Below, one piece after another: positions 38,997 through 51,232 of a stretch of 64,000 nucleotides of DNA (positions within the stretch are counted from its first letter, which is position 1; each line of letters starts with the position of its first letter). The notes under the pieces are model-generated. The model was not told the origin of the DNA. It saw only the letters and a program-made list of their open reading frames with translations, and ran no database searches. Source of the stretch: Lama glama (Eukaryota). The position numbers and the translations under genes are program-made. Location of the stretch: NCBI GenBank assembly GCA_028534125.1, contig CM052816.1, forward strand, positions 25,050,001-25,114,000, given 5' to 3'.

Positions 38997-39880
38997 TTTT
39001 TTTTTAAATTGAAGTATAGTTGTTTTCAATGTTGTGTTAATTTCTGGCATACAGCATAGTGATTCAGCTATCTCTCTCTCTCTCTCTATCTACCTAACAT
39101 CTATCTATGTATCTATTCCTTTTCATATTATTTTTCATTATAGGTTATTACAAGATATTGAATATAGTTCCCTGTGGTATACAATAGGACCTTGCTGTTT
39201 ATCTATTTTATATACAGTAGTTAGTATCTGCAAGTCCCAAACTCTAAATTTATCCCTCCACCTTTCCACCTTTCCCCACTAGTAATAATACATTTGTTTT
39301 TTATGTCTGTAAGTCTGTCTCTGTTCTGTAAATAAGTTCATTTGTGTCATTTTTTTTTTAGATTCCACATATAAGCGATATCATATGGTATTTTCTTTTT
39401 CTTTCTGGCTTACTTCACTTAGTATGACCATTTACAGGTCCATCCCATGTTGATATCACACTCTTTTTTATGGCTGAGTAGTATTCCATTGTGTATATAT
39501 ACACCAGATCTTCTTTATCCAGTCATCTGTTTATGGGCATTTAGGATGCTTCCACATCTTGGCTATTGTAAATAGTGCTATTGTGAACATTGAGGTGCAT
39601 GTGTCTTTTGGAATTAGTATTTCATCTGGATATATGCCCAGGAGTGGGATTCCTGAATTATAGGTTATGTTTATTTTCATTTTTTCAAGGAATCTCCATA
39701 CTGTTTTCCATAATGGCTGCACCAAACTATGTTCCCACCAACAGTGTAGAAGGGTTCCCTTTTCTCCATACCCTCTCTAGCATTCTTCATTTGTGGACTT
39801 TTTAATGATGGCTATTCTGACTGGTGTAAGGTGATACCTCATGGTAGTTTTGATTTGCATTTCTCTAATAGTTAGCAATA
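38997..39880 (-). mobile_element. 5'-truncated young LINE-1
   Basis: T-rich tail then 'ttgaagtatagttg'; ORF 39531-39725(-) reads [13 protein letters not shown]...KDTCTSMFTIALFTIAKMWKHPKCP. Confidence 0.95.
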
Positions 39881-41602
39881 CCTTGCTGAATGCATTGATC
39901 CCAAACTACTATTTGTTTAATTCTAAACACTTCTTCGTATAGACTTAGGCACAAAAACAAAGTAATCTGGTCCTTATGGTCAGTCATGTTATTAATTGAA
40001 GATTAGCGAACAGGTAGGGATAAGTTTGTGTTTGTGATGGGAAGAGAAATTATGCAAAACTAAGTTGTAGGCTGAATCAACAAGTAGAAATGTATATACG
40101 ATTAAAATTCCTTAAATCAACAAATTCCAACGGAAAGCTAACCCCAACAATAGTATACCAAGATGGTCTATTAATTCGCCTACCTACTTCTATAATTTTT
40201 TACTTTGGTACAATGTTATCTTTAATGTTCATATGTATTTTTTGTTAGTTCATAATTATAGTATAAGGGAGTCTATGGAAAAAGTGATTATAGGCATAGT
40301 CTTTTGGGAGGACACAACAGAGTTTTGGCATCATGGCATTCTCAGCTTTGGCAAAATCCTTCCATTTCTTTGAGTAGTCAGCAAAATAGGCTGAAATGAG
40401 AGAAATGTCTGCCAAGAAACTTTAGAAGGAGGCAGTTTTTAATTAACAGGGGCCAGAGAAGGCGATAACCCCAAGGGGTAGTGAAGAGAAATTAACATGG
40501 AAAAGCAGTTCCACGCTTCTGTGGGTCCCAAAAGGCAGCCATATTAGTGGTGTCTGTTCTGATTGAACTTTTGCTGTGTCTTTTTATTGATTCCCTTGTC
40601 AAAATATGACAAAAGGACTGCTTCCCGTCGCTCATTTGCTCAGAGTAGCGGGTTACAGCTAGAAACTGCTTCCTTACAGCAGACTGCAGAGCGAGTGCTG
40701 TCGTTTTGGTTGTCATTTTACAGGCATGATTAATGTTGTTGGGCTTTATGTAAGAATTAAGTGTGTGTACACACACACAGCCCGATAGGCTTTCTTACCC
40801 TGGATTGTTGAGGCTCTTTGTTCTCTTAGTTCTCTTTGTGTATCCTCCCCCCCCCCAAAAAAACTCCTTTAATTATTAAAATGTTTTAAAATGCAGTTTC
40901 AAGGATAATAATTACACTAACTGTTACAGACACTTTTTTCCCCCTGCCATTTACTAAATCCTTGGCTTAGGAAGCATTTTAAAAGAATAATGTCCTGTGA
41001 ATAAATACTTCAAATTTCTCTCACAAGGATGAAAATGAATAGTAAATAAAGCATATAAAGAGCTTGTGAAATCAGCTCATGTAGTGAAGAGGAGAAGGTG
41101 GAGGGATTTTCTTTTCTTTAACTGCCTAAGAGGGTGCATTGAGCTGGCAAGCCTATGGTGGGGCCCAGGAGAGTTTTTGTGCTTTTAGCATAGTGGGAAC
41201 AGAAACATTCTTGAAAATATTTTAAGAACACTTTAAACACTGTGTGGGTCTTTTTGTCTGTATGAGAACCAAACTTATTCTAGAATTCTGTGCTTACCAA
41301 TTTCAAAATACTAGTTTTCTAAAGCAAGGGCAGATTTCCTACACCTTTTTTTTAAAGATGTGATGATAATTATTTTTTCTAAATTCAAACAATATTATTC
41401 TTATTATTTACTTACTTGAAGCATAGTATTTATTAAGAACATTTGACAAGAGAATAGTACAATCATCAGGAACCTAATCATGATACATCCCCTAGAGCCT
41501 TTTTCCTTTTCTTTTTTCTTTTTTGAAAGTGTTGAACGCCTTTATAAAGAACTGACTCACCCACAGTTCCTTATCACTCACATCCAATGTTAATGACCAT
41601 CT

Positions 41603-41922
41603 AGATCTGTGCGTCTAAATTAGCAGCCATTAGTCACACTTAGCAATTTAGCACTTGTATTATGGCTAGTCTGAATTAAGATGTGCTGTAAGTATGAACT
41701 ACACAGTGGATTTTGTAGATGTATTATAAAAGCAGAATGTAAAATATCTCATTAATAATTTTTTATTTTGATTACATGTTTATATAAGAATACCTTTGAC
41801 ATAATGGGTAAGTATCTTATTAAAATTAATTTCACCTTTTATAAAACTTTTGAAATGTAGCTAGTAGAAAATTTAAAACCACATATGTGTCTCACATTAT
41901 CTTTCTGTTGTACAGTATTATT
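41603..41922. mobile_element. MER33-like hAT-Charlie DNA transposon
   Basis: 'gcagccattagtcacac...ggctagtctgaattaagatgtgctgtaagt...aaaatatctcattaataattt...aaaatttaaaaccacatatgtgtctcacatta', about 320 bp. Confidence 0.85.
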
Positions 41923-41939
41923 CCAGGCAGCAGTAAAAG

Positions 41940-42105
41940 TTACTGTTTATTGTTTACTACATGACACGTGCTGTATCTGGTGCTTGATATGCAGTATCTC
42001 ATTTAATCACACAATTACCATTGAGATAGGTGTTATTGTTACTTTTATAGAGACAAGAAAATTAGGCAAGAGGAGTAAGTTATTTACTTAAGATTATGCA
42101 ACTTC
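41940..42105 (-). mobile_element. MIR
   Basis: 'tatctcatttaatcacacaattaccattgagataggtgttattgttacttttatagagacaagaaa'. Confidence 0.7.
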
Positions 42106-43789
42106 ATAAAATATGTCACTCTTCTTTTAGTAATTTGTTATTTTTGACTGTCTATGTAGTACTATGCATAAGACATGGTACTGTGCATGGACCATGCACT
42201 GTAATTTAGTAATCTTTGGTGTGTACTAATGCACCTCTAGATAAATTTAGAAGGATTGAAGATTGCCAAATAGAATTTTGCAAATTATATTTAATTAGAT
42301 TATTAAGTTTTAGTAAATAAAGCATTAAAGTGTTTATGGAAATCCCTATGTGCCATGGTAGAAAATGGTTTAAATGCATTTGTGTTTGTAAAAAATGTTG
42401 AAGAGGAGATACTATATGAAAAAATGGACAAGTAGTATTGAATTTAGAATGAACTTTGATTTCAAATGTGTTCAAATACAAGGTGTAAGACCTGAGTATC
42501 TTTGGTATAAGGATAATCACACAATAGTTGTAGATCTTAACAATTCATATTTTCTATAGACCTGGAAGTATTTTGTGGAGTACAGTATACTTCTCAGCCC
42601 TGTCAAGTTAAGAGAAACATCAGTGTCAAGGAAAGGAGGAGGGATAGAAAAAGAGAAAGAGATAGTGAGAGAGAAATTAATAAAGAATAATTGTTAAATA
42701 TCTTCTAAACTGACAAATCTTATTTTAACAATAAATAATATTATAAAAGACTGCCTACTTATGCTCAAAGAAGTTGTATGGTCAAAGATGTAGGAAGAGG
42801 ACTTGAATAGATGGAAAATACTTTTCCTCTTTTAGTTAATATTCTGCAAACTATAAGACATGAGCACAAGTAAAGGAAATAACATAAGAAACTAATCTGA
42901 GACGTGTAAACATTCTTGAAATTTAAGGTCTAGTTTCTTATGTAAGATCTCATGAGCATCTGGACAATAGGAGAAGTCTTCAGGGGGATGGATCAATGGG
43001 ATTCATTTTACATATTTTACAGAATTTCGTACACAGGAGGGTGGTTCCGTTTTCAAACTATATTCTAGAGAAAATAGCTGTTGTGAAATTACTTATGTGC
43101 ATTTTAATTTATTTTTCTCTGCATATTTATACACCTTATTCAGGAAAAAATATGCTTTTTTTCTTAATTAGGTGGCCAAAATAATTTTCTGTATAATATA
43201 TCATTGATATTTAGAAGATATTAAAATTATATAATTTTTTAGAAGTTATATTCAATGTGTTACTCACTGTTTAGTTGAAGGTTTTAAAAATACCAGTAAT
43301 ATTATTTACTATGTATTTAACTTTTGTTTCAATACAAGGCAGTCACATGACTGTCATTTAGTTTTTACAGTAACAATGTCAGAAATCATTTCCTCATTTT
43401 AAAAATTGCTGAAGGAATGGAGCTCAGTTATGTTAAATAATATTTCAAAATATTAGGCCAGTAATGGGTGAGCAAGGATTAAAGCAAAATTTAAATAAAA
43501 CTTACATTTGCTTTCTTCTCTCTCTGCTCATCAGAGAAAATTATTATTATTAGAGTTAACTTTGAAGCCCTAAAATGTAGACTTGTTTTGCCGTTTGCAG
43601 TGATCTTCATCATTGTGTCTCCCCAATTCTATTAAAGACCTTAATGCCTAACCAGGGTCACAAAGGAAAAAAATCTCAGCATCATTTTCTAATACTTCTT
43701 CTCTAATGTACATGGATTCTTTCTAGTCTACCTTTGTCCACATCCCCAGCTTTGCCTTCTCTTCTTACTAAGTGACTTTACTTAAAGTT

Positions 43790-44085
43790 GAATTCTTTGC
43801 ATATTCCTATAGTGTCCTACATGGTTCCTGTTTCCAGAATCTTACCTTTTTAATCTATCATCCATATTGCCACCATGGCTATTTTTCTAAAGTAACATTT
43901 GATTGTATCATTTCCTTACTTTAAAATCTTAAGAGAATCTACTTTGCCTCCTTAGATTTTAAGTTCAGGCTCCTTGGGAAGATATGCAGTGCCTCAACCT
44001 ATCTTTCCAGCCTAAATTCCTGCCCTTGCCTGTGTAAGCCACCTGTTTCCAGTCATACTGAAACTGCAATGGCTTCTCCATGAGC
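43790..44085 (+). mobile_element. L2 fragment
   Basis: 'tccatattgccaccatggctatttttctaaag...tttgattgtatcatttccttactttaaaatctt'. Confidence 0.55.
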
Positions 44086-45654
44086 CACTGGGAATTAAAC
44101 GTCTGAATCCTGCCAGTGGAGTACCATTTCAACACATGTGTGTGGTCACAGCCAGAGATGAATTCATACCAGATCCTGGAGGCGTGAAGGCTTTGTGCAC
44201 TCTGGTTGTTATTTGATGATTCGATCCATACCACCAGATCTTTATAAACCCTGAGTTTTACCTGATGGATTCCAGAAAAATGCCTGAAGGAACTTTGGCT
44301 TTTTCCATCTCCAAATAGAAATCTGAAACCACTTCCTGCTGGAAAATGTAAACCTTGTTCTGATTTTTTTTTAATTTCTCTGTTGTCATCATTTAGGTCA
44401 AGACAATAAATGTTGAGGAAACATTTATTATTCCTGAAAACAAATCTTAGAAAAAGTTTGACAGATGATATTTTAATTGGTTTGGCCTCTCAAGTGATTA
44501 CATAATCATGGAACCTATTCTGTTTAACAACATCTTGAGGTACTTTGTATTCTTACCTCAAAGTGGAGCAGTTTCTAGCTGGTAATGCTGTGATTGATTT
44601 TTCCATATCAAATACAATGTTACGGTCTATTGTTTCCATAGCAAACATATAGCATCTATCTTCAAATTCAGACTGTGATCTTGTGCTAGCCAGTAAGACT
44701 TCATATAACCACATCCTTCCATTACAAGTATGAGTGGATTAACATTGATTTTGCTCCCCCTGTCCAAGGCTGAACGTCTGTCTCAACAGCAATAATTTAC
44801 ACAGCTGGCATATAAGTGTATGCTTACTCCTCCTTACTTTCATGGTAAAGATTATTGCTTTTGTCTGAAATCAGTTTCTGCTATTTTTAACTCGTGAAGA
44901 CTTTGGGTAACATGTTTTGAAGCTCTAGCCGTTTATGCTGCCATGTGTTTCTAATAACATCTTGGAGCCTTCAGAAAACTTTGAGCTTTTACTCTGTATG
45001 AAACTTCAGAAAAACCGCAAAGAGCTAGCAGACTTGAATACAGTGTGATTCAACTAAACACCGAGAATTCTAAAGTGAGTGTCATCTATTTTCTAACATT
45101 AAATTGTGTTACCTTTAAGCCGAAAATTTCCAACAATCTCTCTGCTTTGTCCAGTTGTAATCCACAAAATTTCCCTCCATGAAAGCCCCTATGTACACCC
45201 ATCCCTATCTCACACCTTTGCCCAAGAACACTTCCTGGCCTAGAATGCCCTCAGTCTCCTCTATACCTATACTTCTCTTACCCACATTTCAAAACCCAAA
45301 TCAAATTTCACCTTCCCCTTGAAGCTTATTGAAATTTTTCTGGTTCCTGGTGATTTTCCTTTTATATTCTTCTAACAGTAAAGTAAGCATTATAAATATT
45401 AACTTGTAATTACATTATTCCTTGTGTTTAATTAATTTGGCAGTATACCACCCAGGGTATAATAAACTCCTAAATGAAATATATGTGAAAGAGTAAGACC
45501 ACAGAGGCTGGCAAACATTAGTTATATCTGAATTTCTACTATGTTTTATAATTCTTTAGTATCTCAACCCTTACTATCAGAGTAGGCTGGTACTAATTGG
45601 TGGCTGAAAATGTCTAACAGGTATGGAGTTACTTGTTCTTATACTGTCAAAGTT

Positions 45655-45770
45655 GAAAGAGGACTGAATTAGCAATTAAGAAATCTGAGTCCCAGCCCTG
45701 GTTCCACTACTATCAAATTGTATGACCTTGAGCAACTTAATTACCATCGTGGGATTCAAATTGTTTGCTC
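45655..45770 (+). mobile_element. MIR fragment
   Basis: 'aagaaatctgagtcccagccctggttccactact...tgtatgaccttgagcaac'. Confidence 0.6.
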
Positions 45771-45959
45771 AAAGATGATGTGGTTACGCCTGCCTAAACC
45801 ACAAAGAACTTTTTTTCTTTTATACTCTCAATTCAAAATCCACAGAAGAGGGTCTGTGCTAAATTATGTACTGTGACTCTGCCTTGTATTTCACTGGCAT
45901 TTGGAGTAGAAGCAAATTCCTGACCCAAGCTGAATCAACCAGATTCTCTCTGTAACGGG

Positions 45960-46270
45960 GAGATTTTCTCTTTCTTGGTTTGCAGACTTATTTTACTGGA
46001 GCAAAATTTCAGAAACTTCCTGAGAAATAATTCCTTGTGTGTTTAAATGCATCTTTATTCTACCTTCATATTTGACTGAAAGTTTGACTGGACGTTGAAT
46101 TGTAGAATGAAAAGAATATTTTCTTGTAATTTTGAAAGCATAGTTCTATCATTGTCTAGCTTTTGTGATGCTGTTGAAAATCTGAGTTACATTTCTTTGT
46201 CTATCTTTTCCCTGTTATCATTTTATAAATGTAATTTTTCTTCAAACTCTCTAAGGATATTAATTGCAGA
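45960..46270 (-). mobile_element. Very old L1ME/HAL1-like fragment (left part; appears to resume at about 51920-52460)
   Basis: 'tctttattctaccttcatatttgactgaaagtttgactgga...ttttgaaagcatagttctatcattgtctagctttt...gctgttgaaaatctga' resembles antisense old L1 ORF1. Confidence 0.55.
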
Positions 46271-46957
46271 TTCTTTTTTTTTGAATTAAAGTTGTTTGAG
46301 TTTCTTGGATTCTAGGAAGATGTTTATATTCGTGTCTTTATCAAGCTTGGGAAGTTTTCAGCTATTATTTTTTCAAAGAATCTCTCTACCCCTTATAACT
46401 CTCTTTTCCTTCTGGGACTTCTACAATGCTTATATTAGTCCTTTTGATAGTATCCTACATGTCCCTCAGGCTCTATTCACCTTTCTTCAGTTTTTTTCTT
46501 TCTGTTTCTCAGATTCAGTAACTTTAGTTGTCCTGTCTTCAGACTGATTCTTCTGCTTGCTCAAATCTGCTTTTGGATTGCTCTAGTGGATTTTCAATTT
46601 CAGTTTCTGTATTTTTTTATTTCCAGAATTTCTTCATGGTCTCCTTTTTCATTGCCTCTCTCTTTATTGGTATCTCTATTTTGTTAATACATTGTTTACT
46701 TTCTCCACATCTTTCTTAAGTTCTTTGAACACCTTTAAAATAGTTGAAAGTCTTTGTTGAGCAGGTCCTAAATCTGGTATTTTTCATAGAGTTTCTGTTG
46801 GTTTATTTTTTTATTGAATGGGCCATTCAATAAATACTTTCCCATTTCTTTGTATGCCTTGTGTGTGTGTTTTTTTCCTTTATTGTAAGTAACTAGGTAT
46901 TTGCATCTAATAGTGTGGTAACTCAGGTAATCAAATTCTCCCCCTTCCCTAGAGCTT
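46270..46957 (-). mobile_element. L1M ORF1/5' region (left part), interrupted by young L1
   Basis: 'gggaagttttcagctattattttttcaaa...ctgattcttctgcttgctcaaatctgc...ggtaactcaggtaatcaaattctcccccttccc'; continues after 51233. Confidence 0.75.
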
Positions 46958-47896
46958 AATTTTTTTTAATGAAGTGTAGTGGATTTATAATATTATGTTA
47001 GTTTCAGGTGTACAACTAAGTGGTACATTATTTTTGTAGATTATACTCAATTTAAAGTTATTACAAAATAATGGCTGTATTTCCCTGTGTGGTACAATGT
47101 ATCCTTGTTACTTATTTTTTATACATAGTAGTTTGTATCTCTTACTACCCTACTCCTTCGTCACCCCTCCCCTCCCTTCTCTCCTGACTGGTAACCACTA
47201 ATTTTTTCTGTCTCTGTGAGTCTGTTTCTGTTTTGTTATATTTATTCATTTGTTTTACTTTTTAGATTCTGTGTATAAATGATAATATAATCTTTTCTCT
47301 GTATGACTTATTTCACTAGGTATAATACCCTCTAGGTCCATCTACATTGTTGCAAATGTCAGAGTTTCATTCTTATTTATGACTATTACTCTATTTGTAT
47401 ATCTATATACCTATACCTATCTTATAACTTCCTTATCTATTTGTCTGTTGATGATAGACACTTAGGTTGCTTCCATATGTTGGCTATTCTAAATAAGGCT
47501 GCTGTAAATATTTGAGTGCATAACTTTTAGAATTAATATTTGCCTTTTCTTTGGATATATATCCAGGAGTGGAACTGCTGGATCATATGATGGTTCTTTT
47601 TTCAGTTTTTTAAAGAACTTCCATACTGTTTCCCACATTAACTGCACTAATTTACAATCCCACCAACAGTGTACAAGGTTTCCTTTTTCACTACAACCTC
47701 AGCAGTATTTGGTATTTGTGGTCTTTTTGATTATAACCATTCTGACAAGTGTGAGGTGATAGTTCATTATAGTTTTCATTTACATTGCTCTGATAATTAG
47801 CAATGTTGAATATCTTTCCATGTGCCTATGAGCCATCTGTATATCTTCTTAGGAAAAATTTCTATTCAGGTCTTCTACCCATTTTTAAATTGGGAT

Positions 47897-47940
47897 ATTT
47901 ATTTATTTATTTATTTATTCATTTATTTATTTATTTATTT
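47897..47940. repeat. (ATTT)n microsatellite inside L1
   Basis: Read directly; about 11 units with one ATTC variant. Confidence 0.9.
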
Positions 47941-48698
47941 TGATACTGAGTTATATGAGCTGTTTGTATATATTGGCTGTTAACCCCTTATCGGTCATAT
48001 GATTTACAAATATTTTCTCCCATTCTGTAGGTCATATTTTTGTTGTGTTCTGGTTTTCTTGCTGTGCAAACCCTTTTAAAATTAATTAAGTTACATTTGT
48101 TTATTTTTGCTTTTGTTTCCTTTGCCTTAGGAGACAGAGAATTATGTTACTATGAATGATTTATGATTGAGGTCAACGAATGTTCTACCCATATTCTCTT
48201 CTAGGAGTTTTATAGTTTCAATTCTTACATTTAAGTCTTTAATCCATTTTGAATGTGTTTTTTTATATGGTATGAGGAAATGTTGTAATTGCTTTATATG
48301 TAGTTTTTCAGTTTTTCCAGGACCACCTATTAAAGAAACTGTCTTTTCTACATTATATATCCTTGCCCCCTTTGTTGTGGATTAATTGGCCATTAGTGTG
48401 TAGGTTCATTTCTAGGCTCTCTTTTCTGTTTCATTGATCTCCATGTCTATTTTTGTGCCAGTACCATGCTGTTTTGATGATAATAGCTTTGTAATATAGT
48501 CTGAAGTTAGGAAGCATGATGCCTCCAGCTTTGTTCTTTTTTTCTCAAGGTTGCTTTCCAAATTCAGAGTCTTTTGTGGTTCCACATAAATTTTAGATTT
48601 TATTTGTTGTAGTTCTGTGAAAAATGTCATTGATATTTTGATAAACATTGCATTAAATCTGTAGATTGCTTTGGATACTGTGAACACTCAAGAATATT

Positions 48699-48899
48699 AA
48701 TCCTTAATTCTTAATACAAGTTTAAATCCCCAGGCTTCTGCTGCTACCCAGGTGATGTGACCGGGTGAAGTTCCAGGATTTAAATATCAGGATGGTTTTT
48801 ATAGATATGTATAACTGAATTGCTTTTTGTACATTTGAAACTAATGTTGTAAATCAACTACACTTCATTCAATAAAAAGCAAAATTAAAAACTATAAAA
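48699..48899 (+). mobile_element. Chimeric retro-insertion: about 100 bp non-L1 (MIR-like) segment plus L1 3' terminal about 95 bp with A-rich tail
   Basis: Flanked by AAGAATATT (48690-48698 / 48900-48908). 3' part 'atgtataactgaa...gaaactaatgttgtaaatcaactacacttca...aataaaaa' matches the L1 tail at 55478-55559. Confidence 0.75.
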
Positions 48900-48972
48900 A
48901 AGAATATTGATGAACACAGGATATCTTCCCATTTCTATGTATCATCTTTAAATTCCTTCATCAAAGGGTTCT

Positions 48973-49061
48973 TTTTTTCCCCCAATAGTCTAAATAGTGG
49001 GGATTGAACCCAGGACCTTGTGCTAAGCATGAGCTATGCTACTGAACTACTTCCCTCCCCA
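48973..49061 (-). mobile_element. tRNA-derived SINE resembling camelid Vic-1
   Basis: Minus strand 'ggggagggaagtagttcagtagcatagctcatgcttagcacaaggtcctgggttcaatcccca...aaaaaaa' with A-box-like and B-box (GGTTCAATCCC) motifs. TSD CCTTCATCAAAG(GG)TTCT at 48955-48972 and 49062-49077. Confidence 0.85.
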
Positions 49062-51232
49062 CCTTCATCAAAGTTCTATAGTTTTCAAAGTATAGGTCTT
49101 TCACCTTCTTGGTTAACTTTATCCCTAGGTATTTTATTCATTTTGATGTGATTATAAATGGGATTATTTTGTTGCTTTCTCTTGCTGATAGTTCATTGTT
49201 AGTGTATAGAAATCAACAGATTTATGTATATTAATCTTGTCTTTACAACTTTACTGAATTCATTTATTCTAATAGGTTTTTTGGTGGAAACTTTAGGGTG
49301 TTCTTTTTGTAGTATCACATTGTTTGCAAATAGTAACAGATTTACTTCTTCCTTTCCAATTTGGGTGGCTTTATTTCTTTTTCTAGTCTGATTTCTGTGG
49401 TGAGGACTTCCACAACTATGTTAGATGACAATGTTGAGAGGGGGCATCCTTTTCTTTTTCCTGATTTTCACCATTGAATATGACATTAGCTGAGAGTTTG
49501 TCATAGATGATCTTTATTATGTTAAGGTGTTTTCCCTCTATACCAACTTTGAAGAGAGTTTTTAATATGAATTGATGTTGAATTTTGTCAAATGCTTTTT
49601 TTTGTTTATTAAGATAATCATGTGATTTTTATCCTTTCTTTTGTTAATGTGGTCTGTCACTTTAATTGACTTGTTGCCATTGAGCCATCCTTGCAACCCT
49701 GGGCTAAATCCCACTTGATCATAGTGAATAGTCCTTTTCATATATTCTTGGATTTGGTGTCCTAAAATTTTGTTGAGGAATTTTGCATCTATATTTATTA
49801 GAGATATTGGCTTGTCTGGTTTTGGTATCAGGATAGTAGTGGCAATAGTAGAATTTGTTTGGGAGTGTTCCCTCCTCTCAGTTTTTTGGAATAGTTTGAG
49901 AAGAATAGGCACTATCCCTTTATGTTTTGTAGAATTCCTGTATGAAGTCATTTGGTCCTGAACTTTTGTTTTCTGGGAGGGTTTTTTAATTATAAATTCA
50001 GTTTCACTACTACTGTTCAGTCTGTTCAGATTGCCTGTTTCTTCCTGATCTGATCTTGGAAGGTTGTATATTTGCTGAAATCTGTCCATTTCTTTTTTGT
50101 TGTCCAATTTGTGGCATATAACTGTAGTGTTCTGTTATGATTTTGTGTCTCTGTGATATTGGTTGTTATTTCCCCTCTTAAATTACTTATTTTGTTTATT
50201 TGGGTCATCTCTTTTTTCTTGATGACCCTTGCTAAATCAATTTATCAATTATTTTATCAATTAGTATTATTTATAAATTTTGTTTATCTTTTCAAAAAGC
50301 AGCTTTTGGTTTTATTGATCTTTTCTAATATTTCTTGTTTCTATTTCACTTATTTCCCATCTGATCTTTATCATTTCCTTCCTTTTCCTGCCTTTGGGTT
50401 TTGTTTATTCTTTAATTCTTTTAGATGGTAGAGTAAGTTCTTTATTTGAGATTTTTCTCTTTTTTTGAAGTAGGCTTATATCACTGTAAATTTCCCTCTT
50501 AGAACTGTTTTTTGCTGCATCTCATACACTTTGGAAAGTTCTGTCTCCATTTTCATTTGTTGTGTGGTTTCCTCTTTGACTTTTTTATTGATTCATTGGT
50601 TTTTATAGTAGTGTGTTGCTTAGTCTCCACGTGTTTGTGTTTTTCCCGTTTTCCTATCTGTAGTTGATTTCTAGTTTCATACCATTGTGGTTAAAATAAA
50701 TTCTCAATATAATTTATATCTGCTTAAGTTTGCTGAGACTTGTTTTGAGGTTTAGCACATGATCTTTCCCAGAGAATGTTCCACATGCACTTGAAAAGAA
50801 AGTGTATTCTTCTGTTTTTGGATGGAATGTCCTATAGATAACTATTAAATCCAACTAGTCTATCATATCTTTTAAGAACAGTTTCTTTATTGGTTTTCTC
50901 TGGTTAATCTGTCCATTGATGTAAATGGTGTATTAAAGTCCCCTACTTATTGTATTGTTGTCATTTTCTCCCTTTATGGCTGTTAACATTTGATTTATAT
51001 ATTTAGGTGTGTTAAGTGCATATGTTAACAAGTGTTATATCCTCTTCTTGCATTGATTCTCTTATCATTATATAATGCTCTTCTTGATCTTTTGATTCTC
51101 ATTTTGTTTAAAGTCTGTTTTTTTCTGATATGAATATTTCTGCCTCTGCTTTCTTGTCATTTCCATTTGCCCATAATATCTTTTCCCATTCTCTAGCTTT
51201 CAGTCTGTCTGCATCTTTAGTGCTGAAGTGAG

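Larger units (their letters stand above)
46958..51232 (-). mobile_element. 4.3 kb 5'-truncated LINE-1 (3' UTR through most of ORF2, multiply disrupted)
   Basis: ORF 49562-50107(-) has KPISLINIDAKFLNKIL...IHYDQVGFSPGLQGW (L1 reverse transcriptase N-terminal motifs); 48412-48687(-) has KAIYRFNA.FIKI.MTFFTEL. Candidate TSD TAGAGCTT (46950-46957) / TAGGGCTT (51233-51240). Confidence 0.96.

Noticed and set aside
797..39725. Recurrent similar ORFs containing [20 protein letters not shown] (797, 22455, 39531 and related)
   Set aside because: These are independent L1 ORF2 C-terminal remnants, not a paralogous gene family.
48990..49061. Possible tRNA gene
   Set aside because: It has A/B-box-like motifs, but the anticodon region is shortened, I cannot fold a full cloverleaf, and it has an A tail and TSD, so it is a SINE.
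49562..50107. Longest ORF (181 aa) with reverse-transcriptase-like motifs
   Set aside because: It is a frameshifted fragment of L1 ORF2 within a truncated, interrupted L1, not a cellular gene or a novel RT system.
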